Positions 17,506 through 26,643 are shown, counted from the first letter of the stretch. The stretch is 64,000 nucleotides of DNA from Bacteroidales bacterium (GCA_035403225.1 DAONET010000001.1:52281-116280), one strand, 5' to 3'. Notes: generated from the sequence alone by a model not told the origin. Numbers and translations: made by a program.

Positions 17506-19416
17506 TTGACCATACAGCAGATACTCCTGAAATACTGGGGGTATGCTTCTTTCCGCCCGCTGCAGGAAGATATCATTGAATCGGTGCTGGCGGGAAAAGA
17601 CACACTGGCCCTGTTGCCAACCGGGGGAGGAAAATCCATCACATTCCAGGTACCCGCGTTGGCCAGAGAAGGGTTATGCCTGGTCGTCTCCCCGCTGATC
17701 GCCCTGATGAAAGACCAGGTCGACCGGCTGCGCAGCATGGGTATCCCCGCAGCCGCCCTCCACTCGGGTATGTATCCTGAAGAGATGGACCGCGTCATCT
17801 CGAATGCCAAATACGGGAACACCAAACTGCTGTATGTCTCCCCCGAACGACTGGTCACTACCAACATGCGATTGGGCCTCGAGCAGATGAAGGTCAACCT
17901 GATCGCCGTAGACGAAGCCCACTGCATTTCCCAATGGGGATACGATTTCAGACCACCTTATCTCCAGATTGCCGAGATACGGGCGTACCTCCCCGGCATC
18001 CCGGTGCTGGCCCTTACCGCCACCGCCACCCCGCAGGTGATGACCGATATCCAGGAAAAGCTGAAATTCAAAAACGGACAAGTCTTTCAGCGAACCTTTG
18101 AACGGGAAAACCTCACTTACGTAGTCATCCGGGATGAAGACAAGCTCAACCGGCTGCTCCGGATCGCACGCAAACTCAATGGCAGCGGAGTGGTGTACGT
18201 ACGAAACCGGAAACAGACCCGCGAAATTGCCATGTTCCTGAAAAAACAGGGTGTCAGTGCCGACTTTTATCATGCAGGACTCGATCAGAAGACACGGTCG
18301 GACCGTCAACAGAGCTGGACCCTTGGCAAGACCTCGGTGATTGTTTCCACGAATGCTTTCGGGATGGGAATCGACAAACCCGATGTCCGGTTTGTCGTCC
18401 ACCTCGATCTTCCCAATTGCATAGAAGCCTATTTCCAGGAAGCAGGACGCGGAGGCAGGGACGGAAAACCAGCCTGGGCCGTTCTCCTGCTCGAAAAGGC
18501 CGACATCCTGAATGCCCGCCATCAGCTGGAGCAGGAGTATCCCGAACTGTCAATGATCCGTTCTGTCTACCAGGCTCTCGGTAATTATTACCAGCTTCCC
18601 GTCGGTACCGGTAAAGATGAGACTTTTGACTTCGACCTGTTCCGGTTTTCAGCTCAACATGGGTTCCAGCCCCTGGTGGCGTTCAATTCCTTAAAATTTC
18701 TTGAAAAAGAGGGGTATATCCTTCTCTCCGATGCGGTGAAAAATCCTTCCAAAATCTATATAAAAGCCAACAAAGAAGAGCTTTACCGTTTTCAGGTTGG
18801 CAACGAGCAGTACGACCTCCTCATCAAAGCCCTGCTGCGTTCTTACACAGGCATCATGACTGACTTTACCGAGATCAGTGAACAAGCCATTGGCACTAAG
18901 CTGGACATGACTCCCGAGCAGGTAGCCTCTGCGTTGATCTATCTTTCAAAAAACGGGTTGCTGGATTACCTGCCTCATTCCGACAAGCCACGGTTATCGT
19001 TTTCCACCGAACGGCTTGATGCCAAAGATCTGTACATCTCTCCTGAAAACTACCGGGACCGAAAAAAAGAAGCCGGTGAAAGGCTCGAAGCCATGATCCA
19101 TTATGCGGAATCGACGCACAAATGCCGGAGCCAGTTGCTGCTGTCGTACTTCGGTGAGACAAACAGCAAACGATGCGGCAAATGCGATGTATGCATCGAC
19201 CGGAATAAACTCAGCCTCAACGAAGCCGAATTCGACCAGGTGACCGACATCATCAAGCCGCTGCTGAAAGAAAAACCCTGTTCCCTGGAACAGCTGGCAG
19301 AAGCAGCGAACCCGATCCCGGATGACAAAGTGATCCGGGTGGTTCAATGGCTGATCGATTCGGGGAAAATCATCCCTCTTGACGACGGCAATCTGCGCTG
19401 GAAGAAGGCTGATTGA
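17506..19416 (+). CDS. recQ: ATP-dependent DNA helicase RecQ
   Basis: 636 aa with a TTG start. RecQ motifs are present: FRPLQ, LPTGGGKS, DEAHCISQWGYDFRP, TATA, and the zinc-binding C-x-C-D-x-C region. Confidence 0.95.
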   Translation: MTIQQILLKYWGYASFRPLQEDIIESVLAGKDTLALLPTGGGKSITFQVPALAREGLCLVVSPLIALMKDQVDRLRSMGIPAAALHSGMYPEEMDRVISNAKYGNTKLLYVSPERLVTTNMRLGLEQMKVNLIAVDEAHCISQWGYDFRPPYLQIAEIRAYLPGIPVLALTATATPQVMTDIQEKLKFKNGQVFQRTFERENLTYVVIRDEDKLNRLLRIARKLNGSGVVYVRNRKQTREIAMFLKKQGVSADFYHAGLDQKTRSDRQQSWTLGKTSVIVSTNAFGMGIDKPDVRFVVHLDLPNCIEAYFQEAGRGGRDGKPAWAVLLLEKADILNARHQLEQEYPELSMIRSVYQALGNYYQLPVGTGKDETFDFDLFRFSAQHGFQPLVAFNSLKFLEKEGYILLSDAVKNPSKIYIKANKEELYRFQVGNEQYDLLIKALLRSYTGIMTDFTEISEQAIGTKLDMTPEQVASALIYLSKNGLLDYLPHSDKPRLSFSTERLDAKDLYISPENYRDRKKEAGERLEAMIHYAESTHKCRSQLLLSYFGETNSKRCGKCDVCIDRNKLSLNEAEFDQVTDIIKPLLKEKPCSLEQLAEAANPIPDDKVIRVVQWLIDSGKIIPLDDGNLRWKKAD

Positions 19417-19458
19417 GAAAAAAACAATAACTTCACAGCCCGAAATCAAATCCGTTGT

Positions 19459-21111
19459 ATGTCAAACTCCCGGCTTAACGTATGGTTCTTCTTCCTTCTC
19501 CTCCTGTCTGCTTTCTCTTTCGCTGCTTTCAATGGCCGGTTACATCTGTTCGACTGGGATGAAATAAACTTCGCAGAATCAGCCCGGGAAATGATCGTTA
19601 CCGGTGATTACATGACCGTACGGATCGATTACCTCCCTTTCTGGGAAAAGCCCCCCCTCTTTATCTGGATGCAGGCGTTTTCGATGAAGGTTTTCGGGGT
19701 TAATGAATTCGCTGCCCGCTTTCCAAACACCATCGCCGGGATTCTTTCACTGGCGGTATTGTTCCTGGCCGGAAAAAGATTCTTTGACCGCCGCTTTGGG
19801 ATGATCTGGTGCCTTACTTATGTTGTCAGTTTCCTGCCCTTCCTGTATTTCAAATCCAGCCTGATCGATCCCTGGTTCAACCTCTTTATCTTTTCCGGGA
19901 TCCTTTACTTCATCTGCTATCTCGAAAATCGCAGCAAGCGCGCCATGTTGATCTCTTCGGCGGTGTTGATCGGCCTGGCCGTGCTCACCAAAGGGCCGGC
20001 AGCCTTGTTGATCTCCCTGCTTACTGCCGGTATCTTTTTCCTTTTGGTTCGTTTCCGCGGATTTATCAGATTGAAAGACATATTAATATGGTGTGGCATC
20101 TTCGTCATCACCGGTGGGTTCTGGTTTATTCTGATGATCTTGCAAGGAAAGTTCGATACCATCGTGGACTTCATCGTATACCAGGCTCGCCTGTTCAGCA
20201 CTGAAGATGCAGGGCACGGGGGATTTCCCCTGTATCATGTAGTCGTCCTGCTGATCGGCGTCTTCCCCGCTTCCATCATCGCCATCCCCGGATTTTTTAA
20301 AAACCGGACAACGGAAGAAAGTCAGCACAACTTCCGGAAATGGATGCTGATCCTGTTCTGGGTAGTCCTGATCCTGTTCAGCATCGTCAAAACCAAGATC
20401 GTTCACTATTCATCTCTCTGTTACTTCCCGCTCACGTTCATGGCTGCCCTGGAAATCCATTACCTGCTTGATCATAAAAAGTTATTTTCCCGAGGTCTTC
20501 GTATCATCCTTCTCGTGATGATGGGGATATGGGGGCTTTTCTCACTGGCCGCTCCTTTGGCGATGGGTCCTGGGAAAGATCACTTGCTGACACTGCTCGC
20601 GAAAAGCGACGCTGCCACCCTGTCCATGCTGGGCGCCGACGTCACCTGGCCCTGGTACACGATGATCCCCGGAGTGATCCTGATCCTGACCATGGGCTTG
20701 TTCATTTTTTACAGAAGACATCTCCGGAATCAACTGATCGTCCTGGCCGCAGGATCTTTCCTTTTTATCAACACCGGCATATGGTTTTTCACTCCCCGGG
20801 TGGAAGGATACTCTCAACGAGCCAACATTGAGTTCTTCGAGAGCCTGCAAGGGAAAGACGTTTATTTCCGCACGCTGGGAATCAAGAGCTATGCTCCTTA
20901 CTTCTATGCCCGGAAAGAACAGCCATCGGGCCCCAGGGAATACAGCAAGACCTGGCAGTTCTATGGGAATATTGACAAACCGGTGTACTGTTCCTTCAGC
21001 CTGAATAAAAAAGATGCCTATCTGAAGAAATATTTCAATCTGAAAGTATTATACGAAAAGAACGGATTCGTTTTTTGTGTCCGTAATCCTAACATACCCT
21101 CCCAGCCATGA
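19459..21111 (+). CDS. GT-C fold glycosyltransferase, family 39/83 (ArnT/PMT-like)
   Basis: 550 aa with more than 10 TM helices. The first periplasmic loop carries a DE motif (WDEINFAESAREM), as in ArnT/PMT-type polyprenyl-phosphate-sugar-dependent transferases. Confidence 0.75.
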   Translation: MSNSRLNVWFFFLLLLSAFSFAAFNGRLHLFDWDEINFAESAREMIVTGDYMTVRIDYLPFWEKPPLFIWMQAFSMKVFGVNEFAARFPNTIAGILSLAVLFLAGKRFFDRRFGMIWCLTYVVSFLPFLYFKSSLIDPWFNLFIFSGILYFICYLENRSKRAMLISSAVLIGLAVLTKGPAALLISLLTAGIFFLLVRFRGFIRLKDILIWCGIFVITGGFWFILMILQGKFDTIVDFIVYQARLFSTEDAGHGGFPLYHVVVLLIGVFPASIIAIPGFFKNRTTEESQHNFRKWMLILFWVVLILFSIVKTKIVHYSSLCYFPLTFMAALEIHYLLDHKKLFSRGLRIILLVMMGIWGLFSLAAPLAMGPGKDHLLTLLAKSDAATLSMLGADVTWPWYTMIPGVILILTMGLFIFYRRHLRNQLIVLAAGSFLFINTGIWFFTPRVEGYSQRANIEFFESLQGKDVYFRTLGIKSYAPYFYARKEQPSGPREYSKTWQFYGNIDKPVYCSFSLNKKDAYLKKYFNLKVLYEKNGFVFCVRNPNIPSQP

Positions 21112-21854
21112 TTCTTGGAAAAACCATAACCGTAGTGATGCCGGCATATAACGCCGGAAAGACCCTTGAACAGAATTACCACGAGATCCCTTTCGACATT
21201 GTTGACCAGGTGATCCTGGTCGATGATCACAGCACCGACAATACCGTGGAAGTTGCCCAAAAACTCGGGATCAGGCACATCATCCAACATGAAGCCAACA
21301 AAGGATATGGCGGAAACCAGAAGTCTTGTTACAACCGTGCGCTGGAACTCAATTCCGATATTGTCATCATGCTTCATCCCGATTACCAGTATACGCCGAA
21401 GCTGATTGCCTCCATGGGTTATCTCATCGCCAACAACGTTTACGAAGTGGTACTGGGTTCGCGGATCCTCGGGAAAGGCGCGCTGAAAGGAGGCATGCCG
21501 TTGTACAAATACATTGCCAACCGGCTACTGACGTTCACGCAGAATATCCTGATGAACCAGAAGCTTTCGGAATACCATACCGGATACCGGGCTTTCAGCC
21601 GGAATGTCCTTGAAAAGGTCAATTACAACATCAATGATGATGATTTCATTTTCGACAATCAGATGCTGGCCCAGATTCTCTATGCCGGGTTCGAGATTGC
21701 CGAAATCACCTGTCCGACCCGCTATTTCGAAGAAGCTTCTTCCATCAGCTTCAAACGAAGTGTCAAATACGGATTGGGCGTGCTGCGTGTCTCCTTTTCT
21801 TATTTCCTCCAGAAAATGGGCATCGCCCGGTTCAAAATTTTTCAGCCCAAATGA
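21108..21854 (+). CDS. GT2 polyprenol-phosphate glycosyltransferase (ArnC/GtrB/DPM1-like)
   Basis: 248 aa with the GT-A motifs VVMPAYNAG and LVDDHSTD. Its start overlaps the GT39 stop in ATGA (21108..21111). Confidence 0.8.
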   Translation: MILGKTITVVMPAYNAGKTLEQNYHEIPFDIVDQVILVDDHSTDNTVEVAQKLGIRHIIQHEANKGYGGNQKSCYNRALELNSDIVIMLHPDYQYTPKLIASMGYLIANNVYEVVLGSRILGKGALKGGMPLYKYIANRLLTFTQNILMNQKLSEYHTGYRAFSRNVLEKVNYNINDDDFIFDNQMLAQILYAGFEIAEITCPTRYFEEASSISFKRSVKYGLGVLRVSFSYFLQKMGIARFKIFQPK

Positions 21855-21889
21855 TCACCCGGAAATATCCATCTTTAACTTTTTAACCC

Positions 21890-22489
21890 TTGGTACTTCC
21901 ACACAGTTTCTACAATCGTCCCGATGTCGTTGGCATCGCCCGTGAATTACTGGGCAAATATCTCTGCACCCGGTTTGACGGAGTGGTCACTGCCGGGATG
22001 ATCACGGAAACTGAAGCCTATGCCGGAGTTATCGACAAAGCATCGCATGCCTGGAACGGACGCCGGACAGCCCGCACGGAGATCATGTACCGGCGGGCAG
22101 GCACTGCTTATGTTTATCTCTGTTATGGGATCCATTCGCTCTTCAATGTCGTCACCAACCGGGAAGGCATCCCGCATGCCATTCTCATCCGTGCCATAAT
22201 TTCTTCGGAAGGTCGGGCGACGATGATGCAGCGCATGGGGAAAACGAAACCAGGCGACGGCCTTATCAGCGGGCCGGGAAAAGTCACCAGGGCGCTGGGG
22301 ATCCACTACGCCATGACCGGGGCTGACCTCACCCGGGAGCCATCCGGCCGGAAAGAAGACGGGATCTGGATTGAAGACCGGAAAACAGACCTTTCGGAAT
22401 ACACGATAGAGGCGACACCCCGTATCGGAGTTGATTACGCCGGTGAGGATGCAACCCTCCCCTATCGTTTCCTGCTGAGCAAAAAATAA
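21890..22489 (+). CDS. mpg: DNA-3-methyladenine glycosylase (Mpg/AAG family)
   Basis: 199 aa with FY.R....VA..LLGK, ITE.EAY and the PGK..ALGI motifs of the AAG family. Confidence 0.85.
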   Translation: MVLPHSFYNRPDVVGIARELLGKYLCTRFDGVVTAGMITETEAYAGVIDKASHAWNGRRTARTEIMYRRAGTAYVYLCYGIHSLFNVVTNREGIPHAILIRAIISSEGRATMMQRMGKTKPGDGLISGPGKVTRALGIHYAMTGADLTREPSGRKEDGIWIEDRKTDLSEYTIEATPRIGVDYAGEDATLPYRFLLSKK

Positions 22490-22518
22490 AGGCGCCCTCG
22501 GGGAGAGAACGCCTTTAT
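22481..22518 (-). terminator. Intrinsic terminator of hup (hairpin plus U-run on the minus strand)
   Basis: A 9-bp stem ataaaggcg (22486..22494) / cgcctttat (22510..22518) encloses a 15-nt loop. On the minus strand the hairpin is followed by TTTTTT (plus-strand A-run 22481..22486). It overlaps the mpg stop codon. Confidence 0.65.
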
Positions 22519-22535
22519 AAAGGAAGTTATGGTTC

Positions 22536-22808
22536 TTACTTTGCTTTCTTGGCTAAAGCAGCACCAGCTTTGAACTTCACGACTTTCTTGGCGGGAATCT
22601 TTATTTCCTTACCATTCTGAGGATTGCGTCCTTTGCGTGCGGCTCTCTTGGAAACAGAGAAAGAACCAAAATCTACTAACGCAACTCTTTCGCCTTTTGA
22701 AAGAGCTTTGGTCGTAGCTTCAACAAAACCTTCCAGAGCTTTCTTGGCATCTGCTTTGGTTAACTTTGCATGCGAAGCAATTGCTTCGATTAACTGAGCC
22801 TTGTTCAT
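22536..22808 (-). CDS. hup: HU family DNA-binding protein
   Basis: 90 aa: MNKAQLIEAIA...FGSF.V..RAAR.GRNPQ.G..I.I. Confidence 0.95.
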   Translation of the reverse strand: MNKAQLIEAIASHAKLTKADAKKALEGFVEATTKALSKGERVALVDFGSFSVSKRAARKGRNPQNGKEIKIPAKKVVKFKAGAALAKKAK

Positions 22809-22849
22809 TTTTTTTCTTTTTTTAGTTAATACTCATTTTAAGAACCTCA

Positions 22850-22857
22850 CAAATATA
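22850..22857 (-). promoter_or_regulatory. Bacteroidota -7 promoter box TATATTTG for hup
   Basis: The reverse complement of caaatata matches TAnnTTTG, 41 nt upstream of the hup ATG. Confidence 0.55.
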
Positions 22858-22968
22858 CACATTCTACAACGGTTGTCAAGTGTTTAGCGTCGAAAACCGT
22901 TGAAAATGTTAATAAAAGGGCGTTTTTGTTGAAAAATGGGGACCTGTATCGCTGATTCTGTGCACTTT

Positions 22969-23925
22969 TCAGCCTATCATCCTTCCAAATCCATTCAGAA
23001 ATTCCCTGATATTCATGACCCGTCGACCGGAAGGTTGTATCTCGGAGATGTCGACATATCCGTTTTTGGCGGAAATGCGAAGGAAGGTTTTATGGTCGGT
23101 CAGAACTGTTCCCTCCTCCGCCGCATCCGGATCGGTAAGCATGGATGCACGAAGGATTTTGACAGAGATGGCATGTCCGTCGTTCAGGGTGATGGTCGTG
23201 AAAGCGCCCGGATAAGGGCTCATGCCGCGGATGAGGTTAAACACATCGTTCACCTCTTTTGACCAGTCGATCCGGGCATCATCCCGGGTAAACTTCGGGG
23301 CAGGCTTCAGTTTCATTCCTTCCGTGATCAACCCGTGCTGAGAAATGGCGGAGATGTTTCCTTCAGCCACGGCAGTAACCGTTTTCACGACCAGTCCGGC
23401 CCCGATTTCCATCAGCCGGTCATGTAGCTCTCCGGCCGTTTCCCCGGGTCCTATCGGTGTCCGTTCCGAAAAGAGGATCTTCCCCGTATCGATTTTCTCT
23501 TCCAGCAGAAAAGTGGTCACCCCGGTTTCCTTCTCCCCGTTGATGACCGACCAGTTGATGGGAGCCGCCCCCCGGTACTGAGGTAACAGAGAGGCGTGCA
23601 GGTTGAACGTCCCCAGCGGCGGTAACGACCATATCTGCCGGGGCATCATGCGAAAAGCCACGACCACTTGCAGGTCGGGTTTCAATGAACACAATTCCTC
23701 CTGAAAAGCAGGGTCTTTCAGGCTGACCGGTTGCAATACTTTTAACCCCCGGGACACAGCATACTGTTTGACCGGCGAACCGGTCATTTTAAGCCCCCTC
23801 CCGGCCGGTTTGTCGGGAGCGGTGACCACAGCCACCACCGGGAAACCATCTTCTGTCAGACGAGCTAAAGAAGCAACAGCAAAATCGGGAGTACCATAAA
23901 AGATAATGCGGGGGAAATCGGACAT
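22969..23925 (-). CDS. fmt: Methionyl-tRNA formyltransferase
   Basis: 318 aa with IIFYGTPDFAV, the SLLPQYRGAAPI (HxSLLPxxRG-type) formyltransferase motif, and a C-terminal Fmt domain. Confidence 0.95.
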   Translation of the reverse strand: MSDFPRIIFYGTPDFAVASLARLTEDGFPVVAVVTAPDKPAGRGLKMTGSPVKQYAVSRGLKVLQPVSLKDPAFQEELCSLKPDLQVVVAFRMMPRQIWSLPPLGTFNLHASLLPQYRGAAPINWSVINGEKETGVTTFLLEEKIDTGKILFSERTPIGPGETAGELHDRLMEIGAGLVVKTVTAVAEGNISAISQHGLITEGMKLKPAPKFTRDDARIDWSKEVNDVFNLIRGMSPYPGAFTTITLNDGHAISVKILRASMLTDPDAAEEGTVLTDHKTFLRISAKNGYVDISEIQPSGRRVMNIREFLNGFGRMIG

Positions 23926-23941
23926 GCAGTAATATTTGGCA

Positions 23942-23949
23942 CAAAGATA
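23942..23949 (-). promoter_or_regulatory. Bacteroidota -7 promoter box TATCTTTG for fmt
   Basis: The reverse complement of caaagata matches TAnnTTTG, 16 nt upstream of the fmt ATG. Confidence 0.5.
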
Positions 23950-23989
23950 TGAAACAAAAACACTGAAGAAAGAAGAAGGAAAATCAGGG

Positions 23990-24027
23990 TAAAAAAAAAG
24001 GGCTGCCTTTTATTGGAGACAGCCCTT
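23990..24027 (-). terminator. Intrinsic terminator downstream of the TPR gene
   Basis: An 8-bp stem aagggctg (23998..24005) / cagccctt (24020..24027). Read on the minus strand, it is followed by a ~10-nt U-run (plus-strand A-run 23990..23999). Confidence 0.75.
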
Positions 24028-24045
24028 CTGATTATAAAAGAACGA

Positions 24046-24738
24046 TTATTTCTTCAGCATGCCTTCCATGAAGGCAATACTTTTATCAATATCCTGAGAT
24101 TCAAATGACTGCGGGTAATTTTTCTTGATCAGCGTATAATACTCGAGCGCTTTTTGGTAGTTCTTCCCGATTTCATACACCTGGGCTGCCTTCATGTAAA
24201 ACAGCGGAGAGGTAAATTGGTTATTGACCATTTCTGCGGCTTTGATGTAATACTCGATGGCTTTATCGGGTTGATTGAGTTCGAGGTATGCATCGCCGAT
24301 TCCGCCTTTGGCCATCGGGCCTACCACGTAATCTTTGCATTTAAACTTTTCAAGATAGTCGATTGCTTTCTGGTACTGACCCATTTTCAGGTAACAGATT
24401 CCGGTGTAATATTTCGACAGATTGGCCGATTTGGTCATGTTATACTGGCTCATGATATCCAGGAATCCCGGGTAATTTCCATCCCCGTTCAGGGCTAATT
24501 TCAGGGAATCCATTTCGAAATACTTTTCTGCCATGAACATCTGCCTCTGCGCTTCAATTTCGCGCGGCTGGAGATAATACTTGCGGAAGCCGAAAAAACC
24601 AAGAACAACGACAATAAGTACCCCGATAACGATCAGGATCACTTTTTGATTTTTTTCAATAAACTGTTCGGTTTTACCAAATGCTTCTTCAACAGTCTGA
24701 ATGGTGCCTTCTGTTTTATCAGGTTGCTTCTTTGACAT
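24046..24738 (-). CDS. Membrane-anchored tetratricopeptide-repeat protein (YfgM-like architecture)
   Basis: 230 aa with a single N-terminal TM helix (ILIVIGVLIVVVLGFFGF) followed by TPR-like repeats (MGQYQKAIDYLEKF, LNQPDKAIEYYIKA, GKNYQKALEYYTLI). Confidence 0.7.
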   Translation of the reverse strand: MSKKQPDKTEGTIQTVEEAFGKTEQFIEKNQKVILIVIGVLIVVVLGFFGFRKYYLQPREIEAQRQMFMAEKYFEMDSLKLALNGDGNYPGFLDIMSQYNMTKSANLSKYYTGICYLKMGQYQKAIDYLEKFKCKDYVVGPMAKGGIGDAYLELNQPDKAIEYYIKAAEMVNNQFTSPLFYMKAAQVYEIGKNYQKALEYYTLIKKNYPQSFESQDIDKSIAFMEGMLKK

Positions 24739-24804
24739 GCTTACATTTTTTGAGATGCAAAGGTAAATTTTTTCTTTGAATTAAGTCACATGGGCTCATT
24801 TTTT

Positions 24805-24812
24805 TACTTTTG
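24805..24812 (+). promoter_or_regulatory. Bacteroidota -7 promoter box TACTTTTG for the TrmH-family gene
   Basis: Exact TAnnTTTG match, 18 nt upstream of ATG 24831. The track start at 24810 lies inside this box. Confidence 0.55.
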
Positions 24813-24830
24813 CGACACATATATAAATTA

Positions 24831-25559
24831 ATGAAACGCATTATCAAAGATGTTTTCGAAGCTGACAGGGAGACCCGGCGACGTCTGCTGGAGTATCTGG
24901 AGACGCTGATCACGGAGAACCGCAAGCAGAAATTCGGTGAAGTGCTGGCAGGGAGAACCCGTCATATCACCATTGTACTGGAAGACATTTTCCAGCCTCA
25001 TAATGCCAGCGCGGTGCTAAGGACTTGCGACTGTTTCGGGATTCAGGATGTTCATATCATCGAGAATAAAAACAAGTACGAGGTGAATCCCGATGTCGCG
25101 CTGGGTTCATCCAAATGGCTCTCATTATTTAAATACAACCATTCGGAGAACAACACAGCCGCCTGCCTGAATCACCTGAAGGAACAGGGTTACCGGATCA
25201 TTGCCACGACGCCTCACCAGGATGACTACACGCCGGCCACCCTGCCTCTTGATCCCAAATTCGCGCTGGTTTTCGGCACAGAGCTCGACGGGTTGACTCC
25301 CACGGCGATGGACCTCGCCGACGGCTTTGTCAAAATTCCCATGTTCGGTTTTACCGAGAGTCTGAACATCAGCGTTTCTGCTGCCATTTTCCTCCACACT
25401 CTTTCCAACAGGCTGAGGGAACGGGATAATTTCTGGCATCTTTCCGAAGAAGAATATCTGAAGGTAAGGCTGGAATGGGCGCTGCAATCGGTGAAACGAT
25501 CAGACCTGATCGCTGCCGAATTCCTTGAAAAACAATCAAGGTCAGGGAATAACCAATAA
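24831..25559 (+). CDS. TrmH/SpoU family RNA 2'-O-methyltransferase
   Basis: SpoU motifs are present: LEDIFQPHNASAVLRTCDCFG, VFGTELDGL, IPMFGFTESLNISVSAAI. The start is set at MKRIIKDVF (24831). Confidence 0.8.
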   Translation: MKRIIKDVFEADRETRRRLLEYLETLITENRKQKFGEVLAGRTRHITIVLEDIFQPHNASAVLRTCDCFGIQDVHIIENKNKYEVNPDVALGSSKWLSLFKYNHSENNTAACLNHLKEQGYRIIATTPHQDDYTPATLPLDPKFALVFGTELDGLTPTAMDLADGFVKIPMFGFTESLNISVSAAIFLHTLSNRLRERDNFWHLSEEEYLKVRLEWALQSVKRSDLIAAEFLEKQSRSGNNQ

Positions 25560-25570
25560 CCTTTTTTTCC

Positions 25571-25578
25571 TATATTTG
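25571..25578 (+). promoter_or_regulatory. Bacteroidota -7 promoter box TATATTTG for the THX gene
   Basis: Exact TAnnTTTG match, 29 nt upstream of ATG 25608. Confidence 0.55.
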
Positions 25579-25607
25579 CGATAACCGATTAAAAAAATCA
25601 TTCAACT

Positions 25608-25949
25608 ATGGGAAAAGGAGATAAAAAGTCAAAACGAGGCAAGATCATCATAGGGTCCTATGGTGTCAGAAGGCCCAGCCGTAAAAAACAAGTTGCAGTT
25701 CCCTCCGTAAAAACAGTTGAGGAAAAGCCGAAGAAGGCCCCCAAAGTAACAGAAGAACCTGTTGAAGTTCCCGTCGTCGCCGTTGAGCAACCCAAGACCG
25801 TGGAAAAGAAGCCCCGGAAAGCCCCTGTGAAGAAGGTGGCGGAAGGGGAAGCCGAAAAGCCAAAGGCAGCGGCAAAAACCAGGAAGAAAGCCACTCCTCC
25901 GAGTGAAACCCTCTTTGATCAACCCGTGGAACCCACCCCCGAGCAATAA
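25608..25949 (+). CDS. 30S ribosomal protein THX homologue with a long Lys/Pro/Glu-rich C-terminal extension
   Basis: The N-terminus MGKGDKKSKRGKIIIGSYGVRRPSRKK closely matches the Thermus/Bacteroidota THX peptide (MGKGD.R.RRGK...G.YG..RPRKK). The remaining ~85 aa are low-complexity K/P/E/V/A. Confidence 0.7.
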   Translation: MGKGDKKSKRGKIIIGSYGVRRPSRKKQVAVPSVKTVEEKPKKAPKVTEEPVEVPVVAVEQPKTVEKKPRKAPVKKVAEGEAEKPKAAAKTRKKATPPSETLFDQPVEPTPEQ

Positions 25950-25971
25950 CAATCCGAACTAAGGAAAAAGA

Positions 25972-26006
25972 CGTCTGGAACAGGCTCTGCCTTTCCAGAC
26001 GCTTTT
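25972..26006 (+). terminator. Intrinsic terminator after the THX gene
   Basis: A 9-bp stem cgtctggaa (25972..25980) / ttccagacg (25993..26001) with a 12-nt loop, then c-TTTT (26003..26006). Confidence 0.6.
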
Positions 26007-26010
26007 GTAT

Positions 26011-26643
26011 ATGAGCCAGACCATCGAAAAATATTTCCCGCAGATCACCCCTTTGCAGCAGCAGCAGTTTGATGCCCTGCCCGGCCTGTATTCCGAATGG
26101 AATGCAAAAATCAACGTGATCTCCCGCCAGGACATCGGTCAACTGGAGATCCGGCATGTCCTGCATTCCCTGTCTATCGCCAACACCATCCGGTTTGCAC
26201 CCGGGACCAGCATCCTGGATATCGGCACCGGTGGCGGCTTCCCCGGCATTCCTCTCGCGATCCTCTTCCCGGATGTCACCTTTGTGCTGGCCGACTCCAT
26301 CGGAAAGAAGGTGCGCGTCGTGGAGGAAATCGCCCGCGCCCTCGCCCTTACCAATGTCAAAGCCATTCGGACACGCGTCGAGAACATGGAAGGCCGGTTC
26401 GATTTTATCACCGGGCGGGCCGTCGCTTCTCTCCCCGATTTCCTTCACTTTGCCGCAGGTCACCTCTCGAAAAAGTCATTCAACGACCTCCCCAACGGAA
26501 TCCTTTATCTCAAAGGAGGTGAAATGGATGATGAGCTAAAACTGATCCGGGGGAAAGTAACTGTTTTCAATATATCCGACTGGTTTTCAGAACCTTTTTT
26601 TGAGACCAAGAAACTGATCTACATCCAACCTTTCAAACTTTAA
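26011..26643 (+). CDS. rsmG: 16S rRNA (guanine527-N7)-methyltransferase RsmG (GidB)
   Basis: GidB motifs are present: ISR.....I..RHVLHSL and LDIGTGGGFPGIPLAI. The start is set at ATG 26011 (MSQTIEKYF), because the track start at 26005 sits in the terminator U-run. Confidence 0.9.
   Translation: MSQTIEKYFPQITPLQQQQFDALPGLYSEWNAKINVISRQDIGQLEIRHVLHSLSIANTIRFAPGTSILDIGTGGGFPGIPLAILFPDVTFVLADSIGKKVRVVEEIARALALTNVKAIRTRVENMEGRFDFITGRAVASLPDFLHFAAGHLSKKSFNDLPNGILYLKGGEMDDELKLIRGKVTVFNISDWFSEPFFETKKLIYIQPFKL

Noticed and set aside
16782-17927. Very long antisense ORFs: 381 aa here, plus 17674..18522 (282 aa), 25666..26463 (265 aa), 30813..31640 (275 aa), 46495..47406 (303 aa) and 61698..62615 (305 aa).
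   Set aside because: Each lies opposite a confidently identified gene (citF/recQ, rsmG, rpmH/yfhO, proS, folA/thyA). The two I checked (16782.. versus citF and 61698.. versus folA/thyA) are codon-aligned with the sense frame, where antisense stops require the rare sense codons TTA/CTA/TCA. Their translations are low-complexity Arg/Gly/Pro/Ser-rich with no family motifs. I treat them as compositional artefacts, not overlapping genes.
22867-22902. A hairpin, caacggtt-(20 nt)-aaccgttg, between the fmt stop and the hup promoter.
   Set aside because: The 8-bp stem has a large loop and no U-run on either strand. It might be a weak fmt terminator or a regulatory site, but the evidence is too thin to call.
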